Shown here: in pieces, positions 27,360 through 36,905 of the stretch | Layout: each line of letters begins with the position of its first letter | How positions within the stretch are numbered: the stretch's first letter is position 1 | DNA from: a virus | Strand: one strand, 5' to 3' | IMG/VR virus record: IMGVR_UViG_3300037961_004224 | Location: 1-64,000 of that record | Length of the DNA stretch: 64,000 nt | Program-made: the position numbers and the translations under genes | The notes under the pieces: model-generated | Seen by the model: the letters and a program-made list of their open reading frames with translations, nothing else | Database searches by the model: none | What the model was told of the DNA's origin: nothing

Positions 27360-28246
27360 AATCATATTTAGATATAGTGGAAAATGTTTTATCTGTAGGG
27401 CGACAAAAAGAGAACAGAACAGGTGTAAAGTCATACACTACATTTTGTGAAATTTTTAGACACAATATGTCTGATGGATTTCCACTTTTGACAACAAAAA
27501 AAATGCCTTATAGAACAATAGCTATTGAATTAGAGGGTTTTATTAAAGGAATTACAGATAAGGGATGGTTTCAAGAAAGGGGGTGTAAAATTTGGAACGA
27601 GTGGGCAAATCCCAAAGCTGTTGAATTTTCCCACGGTGGTGTTATTGAGATGCTATCTAACGAAGAATTTAGAAAAAAGGCACAGTTATATGAAAATGAT
27701 CTAGGTCCAATTTATGGGTATCAATGGAGAGCTTGGAATCAAGATTATGGGGATATGGTGGGTGAAAGGCACGGTATAGACCAATTAAGAAATGTTATTG
27801 AAACATTAAAAAATAATCCAGATGACAGAAGAATGGTCGTATCTGCATGGAATCCTAGCCAAATGCACCTTATGGCACTTCCTCCATGTCATTATGCTTT
27901 TACATTGGTTCATATTGATGGTGTATTAAATTTATGTTGGAAGCAAAGATCAGCAGATTTAATGCTTGGGGTTCCTTTCAATATAGCAAGCTATGGGCTA
28001 CTTTTAGAGCTTATATGTAAAGAAGTAGGCATGGTCGCTGGTGAACTGGTAGGAATATTGGAAGACTGCCACATATATGAAAACCATATGGAGGGTGCAA
28101 AAAAACAATTAGAAAGAAAACCAGAAAAATTACCCTCTTTATTGCTGTCTGAGCCATATAATATTTATGAATGGACATATGAGGATTTTGATATTGTAGA
28201 TTACAATTCAGATAAAAGGATAGACTTTGGACAGGTGGCAGTATGA
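27356..28246 (+). CDS. thyA: thymidylate synthase
   Basis: FPLLTTKK, IWNEWA, LGPIYGYQWR, ALPPCH, RSADLMLGVPFNIASY, HIYENH. Confidence 0.96.
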   Translation: MKSYLDIVENVLSVGRQKENRTGVKSYTTFCEIFRHNMSDGFPLLTTKKMPYRTIAIELEGFIKGITDKGWFQERGCKIWNEWANPKAVEFSHGGVIEMLSNEEFRKKAQLYENDLGPIYGYQWRAWNQDYGDMVGERHGIDQLRNVIETLKNNPDDRRMVVSAWNPSQMHLMALPPCHYAFTLVHIDGVLNLCWKQRSADLMLGVPFNIASYGLLLELICKEVGMVAGELVGILEDCHIYENHMEGAKKQLERKPEKLPSLLLSEPYNIYEWTYEDFDIVDYNSDKRIDFGQVAV

Positions 28247-28752
28247 AACACAACTTTTTTCCACTGAAAGGTGTCGATATGAGCAATTTAAGCGACCTTC
28301 CTATACCCAGCGGTAATGATATATATTGGGAACCTTGGATAGATGCATATGATAATGAAGAGGTTTCTAATGCAAAAGCGATGTTTGAAGAAGAAATTAA
28401 AAATATAGATGAAATTAATAGTGAAGAAGAATTGCTTGAAGATCAAGAGCTATATGATGAATTCGCTATGTTCCAAAAGCCCGTTAAGACTATCATAACA
28501 CCCTATGGCGTTTTACCTCTGACAGAAACTTCTTTAGCAAGCTCTCATTTTAAATTTTGGGTAGGTCATTCAAACTTTAAACTAATGGAGAGCTATTATA
28601 GTATAATAGAAGACTGTGCTGGCGTAGAATCATTAGATATCTTAACTCCATACAGGTTTAGGATAGCAGTAGGAAAAATGTTTCTAGATCGCGATGTTAT
28701 GCATCAAGTAAAAAATACTCTCTTGGGAGTAATAGATGAGTCTAAAAAATAG
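28243..28752 (+). CDS. acidic hypothetical protein
   Basis: ORF track. Confidence 0.6.
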   Translation: MKHNFFPLKGVDMSNLSDLPIPSGNDIYWEPWIDAYDNEEVSNAKAMFEEEIKNIDEINSEEELLEDQELYDEFAMFQKPVKTIITPYGVLPLTETSLASSHFKFWVGHSNFKLMESYYSIIEDCAGVESLDILTPYRFRIAVGKMFLDRDVMHQVKNTLLGVIDESKK

Positions 28753-29419
28753 AGATAGAGTTTCTAAAGGATATATTGTAGATGAAATGCATAGATACAA
28801 TATATTACTGGAATCTAGAGAAATATTTCTTCATGGATATATAGATTCTAATGAAGAAGATCCCGGTGTTGAATACAGAATGTCAAATAACTTTTTGAAA
28901 AACATTAAGTTACTTGAACATATGGATTCATCAAAACCTATAACTGTTCATCAACACTCTATTGGGGGTGAATGGAGCGAAGGAATGATGATGTATGATG
29001 CCATAAAACTATGCAAAGCTCCTGTAGTATTTGTATGTCATGGTATTGCAGCATCTATGGGGTCGATAATACCACAATCAGCAGATTTAAGGATCACAAT
29101 GCCAAATTGTTGGTGGTTGATACACGATGGAACTACTGCTGTATCTGGTCACACAATAAGACAAGCCAAATCTTGGCATGAGTGGGAGGGTAAATTAGAA
29201 TCTCAAATGATGGAAATCTACAGTACAGTCTGCATGGAATCAGATTTTTTTGAAGATAAAAGCATCATTCAAGTAAAAAATTATATAAAAAAACAGTTGG
29301 ATAAAAAAGAAGATTGGTGGCTGTCTGGAGAAGAAGCTGTAGAGCGTGGATTTGCAGATGCTATATTTGGTTCTGAAGACTATGAAGATTTAGAAAAGAT
29401 AAAATCGCATGTATATTGA
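28736..29419 (+). CDS. clpP: ClpP-like serine protease
   Basis: REIFL.G, GGEWSEGMMMYDAI, GIAASMGS (Ser), LIHD (His), DWWLSGEEAVERGFAD. Confidence 0.85.
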   Translation: MSLKNRDRVSKGYIVDEMHRYNILLESREIFLHGYIDSNEEDPGVEYRMSNNFLKNIKLLEHMDSSKPITVHQHSIGGEWSEGMMMYDAIKLCKAPVVFVCHGIAASMGSIIPQSADLRITMPNCWWLIHDGTTAVSGHTIRQAKSWHEWEGKLESQMMEIYSTVCMESDFFEDKSIIQVKNYIKKQLDKKEDWWLSGEEAVERGFADAIFGSEDYEDLEKIKSHVY

Positions 29420-30032
29420 ATACTGTAACTATAATAAATATATAGATGATTATACTAAAGAAATAAAAAACGTCTTCCAAGCAATTGCAAATGGCATAGA
29501 TGGCATTTCCTTACCGATACACATGATAAGAGAAATGCGAGAGTATCTTCCTTCTAACTTGGTAGTATCTGCACCGGTAGACTATCCTTGTGGTTTATCT
29601 TCTTCAAAAGTTAGATACCACATGGCTTTAAATAGCATAAAATCTGGTGCTAATACACTTGATTATGTACCAAACCATTATTTCTTAAAGCATAAGTTTT
29701 CAGAACTAAAGAAGGAAATAAGAACATTGCTTGCTATTTGTGATGATTATAAAGCGACTCTCAGAGTATTTTTAGATTATAGAAGATCTACTACAAATGT
29801 ATTAACAATAGCAGAAATCATAAATTCTACAGGTGTGGATTTAGTGTTTCCAACAATCGGATATCACCATGATGACTATTTTGATAATATTATAAATGCA
29901 AAGATGATAGAGAAACATACCAATTGTTCCGTAATTTTTAATGGATACATGTGGAAGAAAGATCAGTTTGACTTTGCCAAGGAATGTGACATATTTGGCC
30001 TTAGATTGTACAATTTAGAGCTTTTGGTGTAA
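29409..30032 (+). CDS. DeoC-like TIM-barrel protein, probably non-catalytic
   Basis: VDYPCG...K...A..SIKSGANTLDYV follows DeoC; KTSTG replaced by FPTIG. Confidence 0.6.
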   Translation: MYIEYCNYNKYIDDYTKEIKNVFQAIANGIDGISLPIHMIREMREYLPSNLVVSAPVDYPCGLSSSKVRYHMALNSIKSGANTLDYVPNHYFLKHKFSELKKEIRTLLAICDDYKATLRVFLDYRRSTTNVLTIAEIINSTGVDLVFPTIGYHHDDYFDNIINAKMIEKHTNCSVIFNGYMWKKDQFDFAKECDIFGLRLYNLELLV

Positions 30033-30114
30033 TATCCTATATAAATAGGACAGGATTTTAAATGTTGGATTTGTAAGGATTTTTCCAAGCTTATGTATAT
30101 TTTGGAGAATTAAA

Positions 30115-30720
30115 ATGACTGCTTGGAGTATTGGCGGCAATAAAAATGCCGTAACTATTAATGGCGTTCCTAGTGGAATGGCAAATGATGTTGGAACAGT
30201 TCGTGCAGGTGGAACAGTTGCTGGATCTAGATTTATCGCAGACGCTGTAAACTTGGGTAATGGCAATATTACTTACATTACTGTACCATCTGGAGTAAGT
30301 GGAATAGCTTCACCATTGGCTGCTGGTGCATTTAACGCTGGAGATCAAGTGATTGTTAGAGTCACAAATGATCTGGCTGGCGTATCTAACACCTATTTGA
30401 TTGGCGGTGCTTCTAATTCTGCTGGCCCCGGAGGTCAATCTATCAAACAGAAAGCAACAGTCTCTACTTTCTATTACAAGACCGCAGTTCGCACGAATGG
30501 CTGGAACGCATACTCAGGTGTGTTTGATCCTGCTGTTACGGTAGCCAGTAGTGGTGCTTGGGATATTGGAAAAACTGGTGACGTTGCAAGCACGATGGTT
30601 GCAAGCGGAACTGATAATGCGGCTAACCCAACACAAACCATTCCGGGTGAACTGGTTTATCGTGATGGAAGTCCAAACCCAGTACAAGACGAATACAAGC
30701 CTAAGACAAATTGGGGCTAA
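30115..30720 (+). CDS. G/A/T/V-rich probable virion protein
   Basis: Low-charge composition; GGAG RBS. Confidence 0.5.
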   Translation: MTAWSIGGNKNAVTINGVPSGMANDVGTVRAGGTVAGSRFIADAVNLGNGNITYITVPSGVSGIASPLAAGAFNAGDQVIVRVTNDLAGVSNTYLIGGASNSAGPGGQSIKQKATVSTFYYKTAVRTNGWNAYSGVFDPAVTVASSGAWDIGKTGDVASTMVASGTDNAANPTQTIPGELVYRDGSPNPVQDEYKPKTNWG

Positions 30721-30777
30721 AACATTGGTGTGGTCGTTTTTAATGCGGCCACATTTTATTTTCCTTTATAGGGGGCG

Positions 30778-31104
30778 GTGTTTATGTTCTCAAGCGATTT
30801 ACTAGAAACAATCAAAGTATTACTTGAAATAACTGCAATAATATTTGTACCAATTGTTGCCTACACACTAAGAAGTGTAGTTCTTCATGGTAGAAAACTA
30901 GAAGTATTGGAAGAAAAAGTGAATTCTGAGATACATCGCAGACTTGAAGTTATGGAAAGGAAAATAGATACTTTTGATAACAAGATCGAATTAAAGATTG
31001 ATAGGCTAGAAAACAATCTTAATGCTAAGATCGACATCATGACGGGCGTATTGACATCTTTTACTAATACATTTGTATCAGAACAAAACAAAAAACCCGA
31101 ATAG
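30778..31104 (+). CDS. single-TM coiled-coil protein
   Basis: TM helix followed by heptad repeats. Confidence 0.55.
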   Translation: MFMFSSDLLETIKVLLEITAIIFVPIVAYTLRSVVLHGRKLEVLEEKVNSEIHRRLEVMERKIDTFDNKIELKIDRLENNLNAKIDIMTGVLTSFTNTFVSEQNKKPE

Positions 31105-31182
31105 TTTAGACTAAAACGATTAAGGCAGAGTATAATTTCTTAACGGAAACTATGCTCTGTCTTTTTTTTTGGAGATATTGAA

Positions 31183-31416
31183 TTGAAAGAAATGAATTTT
31201 GGACACAAACCAGACTTGCAATCTTATACAACGTCTGTAGATCCAGATGTGGTTAGCTTGTATGCACAAGAGGGTTGTAAAGATTGTTATGGCAGGGGAT
31301 ATGTTATAACACAAATTGGAACTGGTCGTAGTATAACAATCAGAAACGATAGACCAATCCAAACATTTATGAACAGATGCCATTGTACATTTAAAGCAAT
31401 GAAAAAATATGGCTGA
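31183..31416 (+). CDS. small Zn-binding protein
   Basis: CKDCYGRG...RCHC. Confidence 0.55.
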   Translation: MKEMNFGHKPDLQSYTTSVDPDVVSLYAQEGCKDCYGRGYVITQIGTGRSITIRNDRPIQTFMNRCHCTFKAMKKYG

Positions 31417-31888
31417 AATAAAAACATCATCAATAGACTGGGATGGTAGATTTTTAAATCTTGCACAGTTGGTGTCGTCTTGGAGTAAAGACCCCAGTAC
31501 AAAAGTTGGTAGTGTTATAGTAGATGAATCGAGAAGGGTAATCTCTGTTGGATACAATGGATTTCCCAAAGGAGTAAGAGATTCTCAACACAGACTAGAT
31601 GATAGAGAATTAAAATATAATTTTATGGTACATGCTGAAAGAAATGCCATTATCTTTTCTAGAGGTTCACTAGAAAATAGTACAATATATACTTACCCTT
31701 TCATGCCGTGTAGTCATTGTGCTGGTATGATAATACAATCTGGAATAAAGCGAGTGGTAACTTTTTATGATAGGAATCCAAGATGGGCTAAATCATTTGA
31801 TATTTCTAAAAAAATGTTTTTAGAAGCAGCAGTAGATTTAACAGAATATAATAAAAATTTTTTTTTAAAAGTTGATAATAACTTTTAG
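31409..31888 (+). CDS. dCMP deaminase
   Basis: SKDPSTKVG, GYNGFP, HAERNAI, PCSHCA. Confidence 0.93.
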   Translation: MAEIKTSSIDWDGRFLNLAQLVSSWSKDPSTKVGSVIVDESRRVISVGYNGFPKGVRDSQHRLDDRELKYNFMVHAERNAIIFSRGSLENSTIYTYPFMPCSHCAGMIIQSGIKRVVTFYDRNPRWAKSFDISKKMFLEAAVDLTEYNKNFFLKVDNNF

Positions 31889-31898
31889 GCGTGTTTAT

Positions 31899-31908
31899 AA
31901 GGTGTATA
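31899..31908 (+). promoter_or_regulatory. AAGGTGTATA motif, copy 2
   Basis: Immediately precedes structured non-coding element. Confidence 0.55.
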
Positions 31909-31915
31909 CTAATAT

Positions 31916-32152
31916 AGCTGGACCATAAAGAGCGTTGAAAATCTTTTTAGATTTGAAATCACCGTTAAAGTGACACGTCCTCCAGCTTTATTTAAAATCA
32001 TTGCGGAGACCCACCGATTACAAATGGGTTGACTTAACTTTAAATTTTTTTTACAACAAATACAATTTAATTTGGGTCTTTAAAATGATTACCACATAGT
32101 GTCACTTATGAAAATTACAACCCGTCTTGTTGTTACAGCAAGATGGGTTTTT
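31916..32152 (+). ncRNA. candidate structured ncRNA or cis-regulatory leader of nrdAB
   Basis: ORF-free gap of ~300 nt with several complementary pairs (AGCTGGA/TCCAGCT, AAGTGACAC/GTGTCACTT, AATCATT/AATGATT, AGACCCA/TGGGTCT) ending in a terminator. Confidence 0.5.
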
Positions 32153-32153
32153 T
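32119..32153 (+). terminator. rho-independent terminator upstream of nrdA
   Basis: AACCCGTCTTGTTG-TTA-CAGCAAGATGGGTT plus T-run. Confidence 0.8.
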
Positions 32154-32188
32154 AATTAATAATGTATTAGAGATAAATAGGGATAATA

Positions 32189-34417
32189 ATGCAAGTCACC
32201 AAAAGAGATGGCAAGAAGGAAAGTTTTTCTGTAGAGAAAATTCATAAAGTGGTTGAGTGGGCAACTAAAGGTATAAATGGCGTTAGTTTTTCTGATATAG
32301 AAATGAACGCAAATCTTTCCCTATATGATGGTATTTCAACAACAGAAATACATAAAATTTTAATAAAGTCGGCAAATGATTTAATATCAACTAGCTCTCC
32401 TAATTATCAATACGTTGCTGCTAGACTTTTAAATATGGAGCTAAGAAAAGAAGTATGGGGCTATGGTGATCAACCTACTGATTTTTTGCTTTTCTTACAA
32501 AGAAATACAGATAACGGACTGTACGATCCATTGATTTTAGAAAAATGGACTTCAAAAAAAATTGATCTACTAGGCAACTATATCAATCATTCCAGAGACG
32601 ATTTATTTACATATGCTGGGTTGCAGCAAATGATTGACAAGTATCTTGTAAAAAATAGAAGCACTGGTCAAATTTATGAAACTCCGCAGTTTGCATATAT
32701 GTGTATTGCTATGTGCCTATTTGATACTATAGACGAGGTAAAAAAAGCTTATGATTGCTACTCTACGTTTAAAATTAATCTTCCCACTCCTATTATGGCT
32801 GGGGTTCGTACTAACATCCGTCAATTCGCAAGTTGTGTTTTGGTTGATGTTGACGATAACCTTGATGGTATATTTTCAAGTATTCATGCAGTTGGAAAGT
32901 ATACGGCAAGAAGAGCAGGAATCGGACTCAACATCGGACGAATGAGACCAATAAACTCTCCGATTCGTGGGGGAGAAGTAATACATACCGGGGTAGTGCC
33001 ATATTTGAAAAATTTTGAGTCTGCCGTAAAGTCAACATCTCAAAACGGACTTCGTGGTGGATCTGCAACTGTTCACGTTCCGTTTTGGCACTATGAGATT
33101 GAAGACATAATGGTACTGAAAAATAATGCAGGAACAGATGACAACAGAGTAAGAAAATTAGATTATTCAATTCAATTTTGTAAGATTTTTTATGACAGAC
33201 TAATATCAAATGAAGATATAACATTATTCAGTCCACATGAAGCCAAAGGTTTATACGAAGCTTTCGGAGATAACGAAAAATTTGAAGAACTATATATTAA
33301 ATATGAAAATGCTAGGTCTTTGAAATTTAAAAAGAAAATACCAGCAAGAAAATTAGCTGAAATTTTTGCTAGAGAAAGATTGGAAACTGGAAGAATATAT
33401 AGTATGAATATTGATTCTGCAAATGACAATGGCTCATGGGATGTTCCAGTGTATATGTCAAATCTATGCCAAGAAATAATTCATCCAACAAAGCCCATAC
33501 AATCAATAAACGATGAAGAAGGTGAGATCGGAATTTGTATTCTTTCAGCTTTAAATCTTCTAGAACTTAGTAATGAAAAAGACATAGAAGACGCTTGTAG
33601 AATGGCAGTAAGAACTTTAGAGTCTATAATTGATTATCAAGATTATCCAGTGATTGCTGGTGAAAATTTTACAAAAAATCGTCGCTCTCTTGGAATTGGT
33701 ATTACTAACCTAGCTGGATTTTTAGCAAAGAATAAACTGACTTATGATAATCCAGCAGCATTAGAATTAATTCATGAAACTATGGAACAGATCCAATGGA
33801 ATTTAATTAATGCTAGTTGTGAGCTTGCAGAGGAAAAAGGAGCCTGTCCTAAATTTGAAGAAACAAAATACTCAAAAGGTTTGTTGCCAATCGACTGGTA
33901 CAAAAAAACAGTAGATGAATTAATTAAACCTCAATATAATATGGACTGGGAGGTGCTACGTGAAAAGGTTAAGAAACATGGACTACGACATTCTACTCTG
34001 TCTGCTATTATGCCTTGTGAATCTAGCAGTGTTATACAAAATAGCACAAACGGTATTGAACCAGTTCGTAGTCTTTTAATTCACAAAAAAGCAAAAAATG
34101 GAGTTTTGAAACAATTAGTACCGAATTACCACATGCGTAAAAATTATTACACGATGGCTTGGGATATGCCAGATAATAAAGGTATGATGAACGTTGCTGC
34201 TGTTATACAAAAATTTGTAGACATGAGCATGAGCACTAACTTATACTACAACTACTCACACTATGACGATGGTAATATTCCGTTAAGTATGTTAATTAAA
34301 GACCAGATATATGGTTATAAATATGGATTGAAAAACTTTTATTATGCCAATACGCCAGATGGCGATGGTGAGACTGAAAAAGAAATGAATTGCGAATCTG
34401 GAGCGTGTGCAATATGA
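32189..34417 (+). CDS. nrdA: class Ia ribonucleotide reductase alpha subunit with ATP cone
   Basis: VTKRDG ATP cone, PTPIMAG, ASCVL, SNLCQEI, IMPCESSS, C-terminal CESGACAI. Confidence 0.97.
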   Translation: MQVTKRDGKKESFSVEKIHKVVEWATKGINGVSFSDIEMNANLSLYDGISTTEIHKILIKSANDLISTSSPNYQYVAARLLNMELRKEVWGYGDQPTDFLLFLQRNTDNGLYDPLILEKWTSKKIDLLGNYINHSRDDLFTYAGLQQMIDKYLVKNRSTGQIYETPQFAYMCIAMCLFDTIDEVKKAYDCYSTFKINLPTPIMAGVRTNIRQFASCVLVDVDDNLDGIFSSIHAVGKYTARRAGIGLNIGRMRPINSPIRGGEVIHTGVVPYLKNFESAVKSTSQNGLRGGSATVHVPFWHYEIEDIMVLKNNAGTDDNRVRKLDYSIQFCKIFYDRLISNEDITLFSPHEAKGLYEAFGDNEKFEELYIKYENARSLKFKKKIPARKLAEIFARERLETGRIYSMNIDSANDNGSWDVPVYMSNLCQEIIHPTKPIQSINDEEGEIGICILSALNLLELSNEKDIEDACRMAVRTLESIIDYQDYPVIAGENFTKNRRSLGIGITNLAGFLAKNKLTYDNPAALELIHETMEQIQWNLINASCELAEEKGACPKFEETKYSKGLLPIDWYKKTVDELIKPQYNMDWEVLREKVKKHGLRHSTLSAIMPCESSSVIQNSTNGIEPVRSLLIHKKAKNGVLKQLVPNYHMRKNYYTMAWDMPDNKGMMNVAAVIQKFVDMSMSTNLYYNYSHYDDGNIPLSMLIKDQIYGYKYGLKNFYYANTPDGDGETEKEMNCESGACAI

Positions 34418-35484
34418 AAACTATTTTTAATACAAAAAACATAGACCCTATGAGTCAGCCATTGTTTCTAGGCAAAGACTTAGGTGTTCAAAGATATGAT
34501 GTAGTAAAATATCCGATCTTCAAAAGTCTTGATAGCAAGCAGATGATGAACTTCTGGAGACCAGAAGAAATCGAACTAAAAAAAGATCGTGCAGATTTTC
34601 AGACATTGACCGATAATGAAAAGTTTATCTTTACCAGTAATCTAAAATATCAAACAATGCTAGACAGTGTTATCTGTAGAGGTGTTCCGACTCTTCTTGA
34701 ATTTGTCACAAACACAGAGCTTGAAGCGTGCATGATGACTTGGCAGTTCTTTGAAAAGATTCATTCGCAAAGTTATAGTTATGTTATTCAAAATGTATTC
34801 GCAGATAGCTCAGAAGTTTTTGGCGGAATCTATGAAGATAAAGAAATTATGAAACGTGCAAATAGTGCTATTGCAGACTACAATAATTTGATGGGAATGG
34901 CCTGCCCTACTACTAAATTATCTGAGCTAAAAAAACAAATTTATATGACGATTGTAAGCATTAATATTCTAGAAGCCATACGATTTTATGTAAGTTTTGT
35001 TTGTAGCTTTGCTTTTGCAGAAAATAAAAAGATGGTAGGCAATGCTGATATAATTAAATTAATAAAACGTGATGAGGCTTTACATTTGTCAAGCACTCAA
35101 AATATTCTTAAAATTCTACATACAGAAGAATCAGAAGGATTTAAGACTACAGCAAAGCAGTGTCAAGATGCAGCAATAAAAATGTTTGAACATGCCGCAG
35201 CAGAGGAAAAAGAATGGGCTTCATACTTGTTTAAAGACGGATCAATCATTGGTCTAAACGAGGCTGTGCTTCATCAGTACATTGACTGGCTATGCATGAG
35301 CAGAAGGAAAGCAATTGGGCTACCATACGATAATGCTGGTAAAAATCCTATCGCTGGTTGGACTCAAGCTTGGATGCAAAGCGAGAGTGTACAGGTAGCA
35401 CCTCAAGAACATGAAATAACTAGCTACAAAATCGGTGCTAGTAAGAACGATTTAGAAGATATGGATTTAGGAGACTTACTTTGA
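34414..35484 (+). CDS. nrdB: ribonucleotide reductase beta subunit
   Basis: FWRPEEI, EKIHSQSY, EAIRFY, RDEALH, VAPQEHEITSY. Confidence 0.96.
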   Translation: MKTIFNTKNIDPMSQPLFLGKDLGVQRYDVVKYPIFKSLDSKQMMNFWRPEEIELKKDRADFQTLTDNEKFIFTSNLKYQTMLDSVICRGVPTLLEFVTNTELEACMMTWQFFEKIHSQSYSYVIQNVFADSSEVFGGIYEDKEIMKRANSAIADYNNLMGMACPTTKLSELKKQIYMTIVSINILEAIRFYVSFVCSFAFAENKKMVGNADIIKLIKRDEALHLSSTQNILKILHTEESEGFKTTAKQCQDAAIKMFEHAAAEEKEWASYLFKDGSIIGLNEAVLHQYIDWLCMSRRKAIGLPYDNAGKNPIAGWTQAWMQSESVQVAPQEHEITSYKIGASKNDLEDMDLGDLL

Positions 35485-35918
35485 GAATAGGAATTATATC
35501 AGGATATTTTAATCCGGTACACACAGGGCACTTGGATTATATAGAGGGTGCAAAAAGAGAATGTGATTTTTTGTACGTTATTGTAAATAATGACGATCAG
35601 GTTAATTACAAAGGTTCTACAAAATTTATGGATGAAGAGTCTAGGGTAAGAATAGTTTCTGCATTCGGGTGTGTTGATAGGGCTATTCTTTCTATAGATG
35701 ATAATCCTACTGTGGTTAAAACTATATCACAAATTTATAGAATGCATCGAGATGATCCATTTATAGAAAGTTTTTCATTCATGAATGGTGGAGATAGAAA
35801 ACAAGGAAACACGCCAGAATCTGATTTTTGCAAAAAAAATAATATAAATTTAATTTATAATGTTGGTGGTGATAAAACTGAGTCTTCTAGCACATTACTT
35901 AAAAATGTGAAAAGTTAA
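35481..35918 (+). CDS. cytidylyltransferase-like protein (HxGH family)
   Basis: SGYFNPVHTGHLDYI, VIVNND, NGGDR. Confidence 0.85.
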   Translation: MRIGIISGYFNPVHTGHLDYIEGAKRECDFLYVIVNNDDQVNYKGSTKFMDEESRVRIVSAFGCVDRAILSIDDNPTVVKTISQIYRMHRDDPFIESFSFMNGGDRKQGNTPESDFCKKNNINLIYNVGGDKTESSSTLLKNVKS

Positions 35919-35926
35919 TAACATTA

Positions 35927-35936
35927 AAGGTGTATA
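35927..35936 (+). promoter_or_regulatory. AAGGTGTATA motif, copy 3
   Basis: Upstream of the peptidase/membrane protein operon. Confidence 0.55.
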
Positions 35937-35978
35937 TATAAATGGTATAGTTCTTTAATTTAAAGAAAGGGGACAAGT

Positions 35979-36905
35979 ATGAGCGACTTTAACACTCCAG
36001 ATGAGCTTATCAAAGCTTATGAGGATGGGTTTGTTGGTGGTGAATGTGACCCAGAAGATGTAATGGCATTGTTAGGAGAATTACCAATGCCTTTGTTCGG
36101 TGCTGCTGCATGGGACTTAGATTCTTCAGGTGCTGGAAAATTAAGCACACCATTTAAATCTTTACTAAAATTTGTTAAAGATTTTGGACCTTCCGAAAGA
36201 CAAACTACGGGAGACTGTGTTTCTCACTCAACAAGAAATGCCGTGGATATTACAAGGGCAGTTGAGATAGACATAAAAGGAGAAGCTGAGTCTTTTGAAG
36301 CCCGTGGAGCCACTGAGGGCATATATCAGTCCAGAGGACATATGGGACAAGGTATGACATGTTCTGGTTCTGCTAGATATGTCAATAAAACAGGTGGAAT
36401 CTTGTTAAGAAAAAATTATGGAGATGTTGACTTATCAAAATATAATTCTACTCTAGGTGCTAAGAAAAGAATACCTAATGACATTTATGTTACAGAAGCT
36501 AAAAAGCATCAAGTAAAAACTATCTCTCTTGTAACTACTATAGAAGAAGCAAGGGATGCCCTCGCTAACGGCTACGCTTTGTCGTGCTGTAGTCAAGTCG
36601 GATTTACTTCTATGAGAGATAAAAATGGAATATCCAATAGAAAAGGATCTTGGGCACACGCTATGGCATGGATTGCGTGCGATGACACTCGTAAAGTATA
36701 TGATGAAACCTTGTTCCTAATACAGAATAGCTGGGGCAAATGGAATAGTGGTCCCAAGGTTCATGGTCAACCAGACGGAAGCTTCTGGGTTAGAGAAAAA
36801 GATGCAAGGTCTATATTGAATGCAAGAGGTTCTTTTGTATTTAGTGATGTTGATGGTTTTCCTGCAAGACAATTGCCTGATTATGGCTTAGGAGGGTGGG
36901 TATAA
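35979..36905 (+). CDS. papain-like (C1-type) cysteine peptidase
   Basis: Q-TTGDCVSHS (Gln, Cys), WAHAM (His), IQNSWG (Asn). Confidence 0.85.
   Translation: MSDFNTPDELIKAYEDGFVGGECDPEDVMALLGELPMPLFGAAAWDLDSSGAGKLSTPFKSLLKFVKDFGPSERQTTGDCVSHSTRNAVDITRAVEIDIKGEAESFEARGATEGIYQSRGHMGQGMTCSGSARYVNKTGGILLRKNYGDVDLSKYNSTLGAKKRIPNDIYVTEAKKHQVKTISLVTTIEEARDALANGYALSCCSQVGFTSMRDKNGISNRKGSWAHAMAWIACDDTRKVYDETLFLIQNSWGKWNSGPKVHGQPDGSFWVREKDARSILNARGSFVFSDVDGFPARQLPDYGLGGWV

Noticed and set aside
29409-30032. Assigning the gene symbol deoC
   Set aside because: The catalytic lysine motif is absent, so the protein is reported as DeoC-like only.
30040-30047. T4-type late promoter TATAAATA (also at 203)
   Set aside because: An all-A/T 8-mer is expected repeatedly by chance in this AT-rich sequence, and no gp55-like gene was recognised.
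31955-31980. Purine/2'-dG riboswitch upstream of nrdA (CCGTTAAA resembles L3)
   Set aside because: The L2 (UAUGG) and J2/3 (UUUCUAC) consensus elements are missing.
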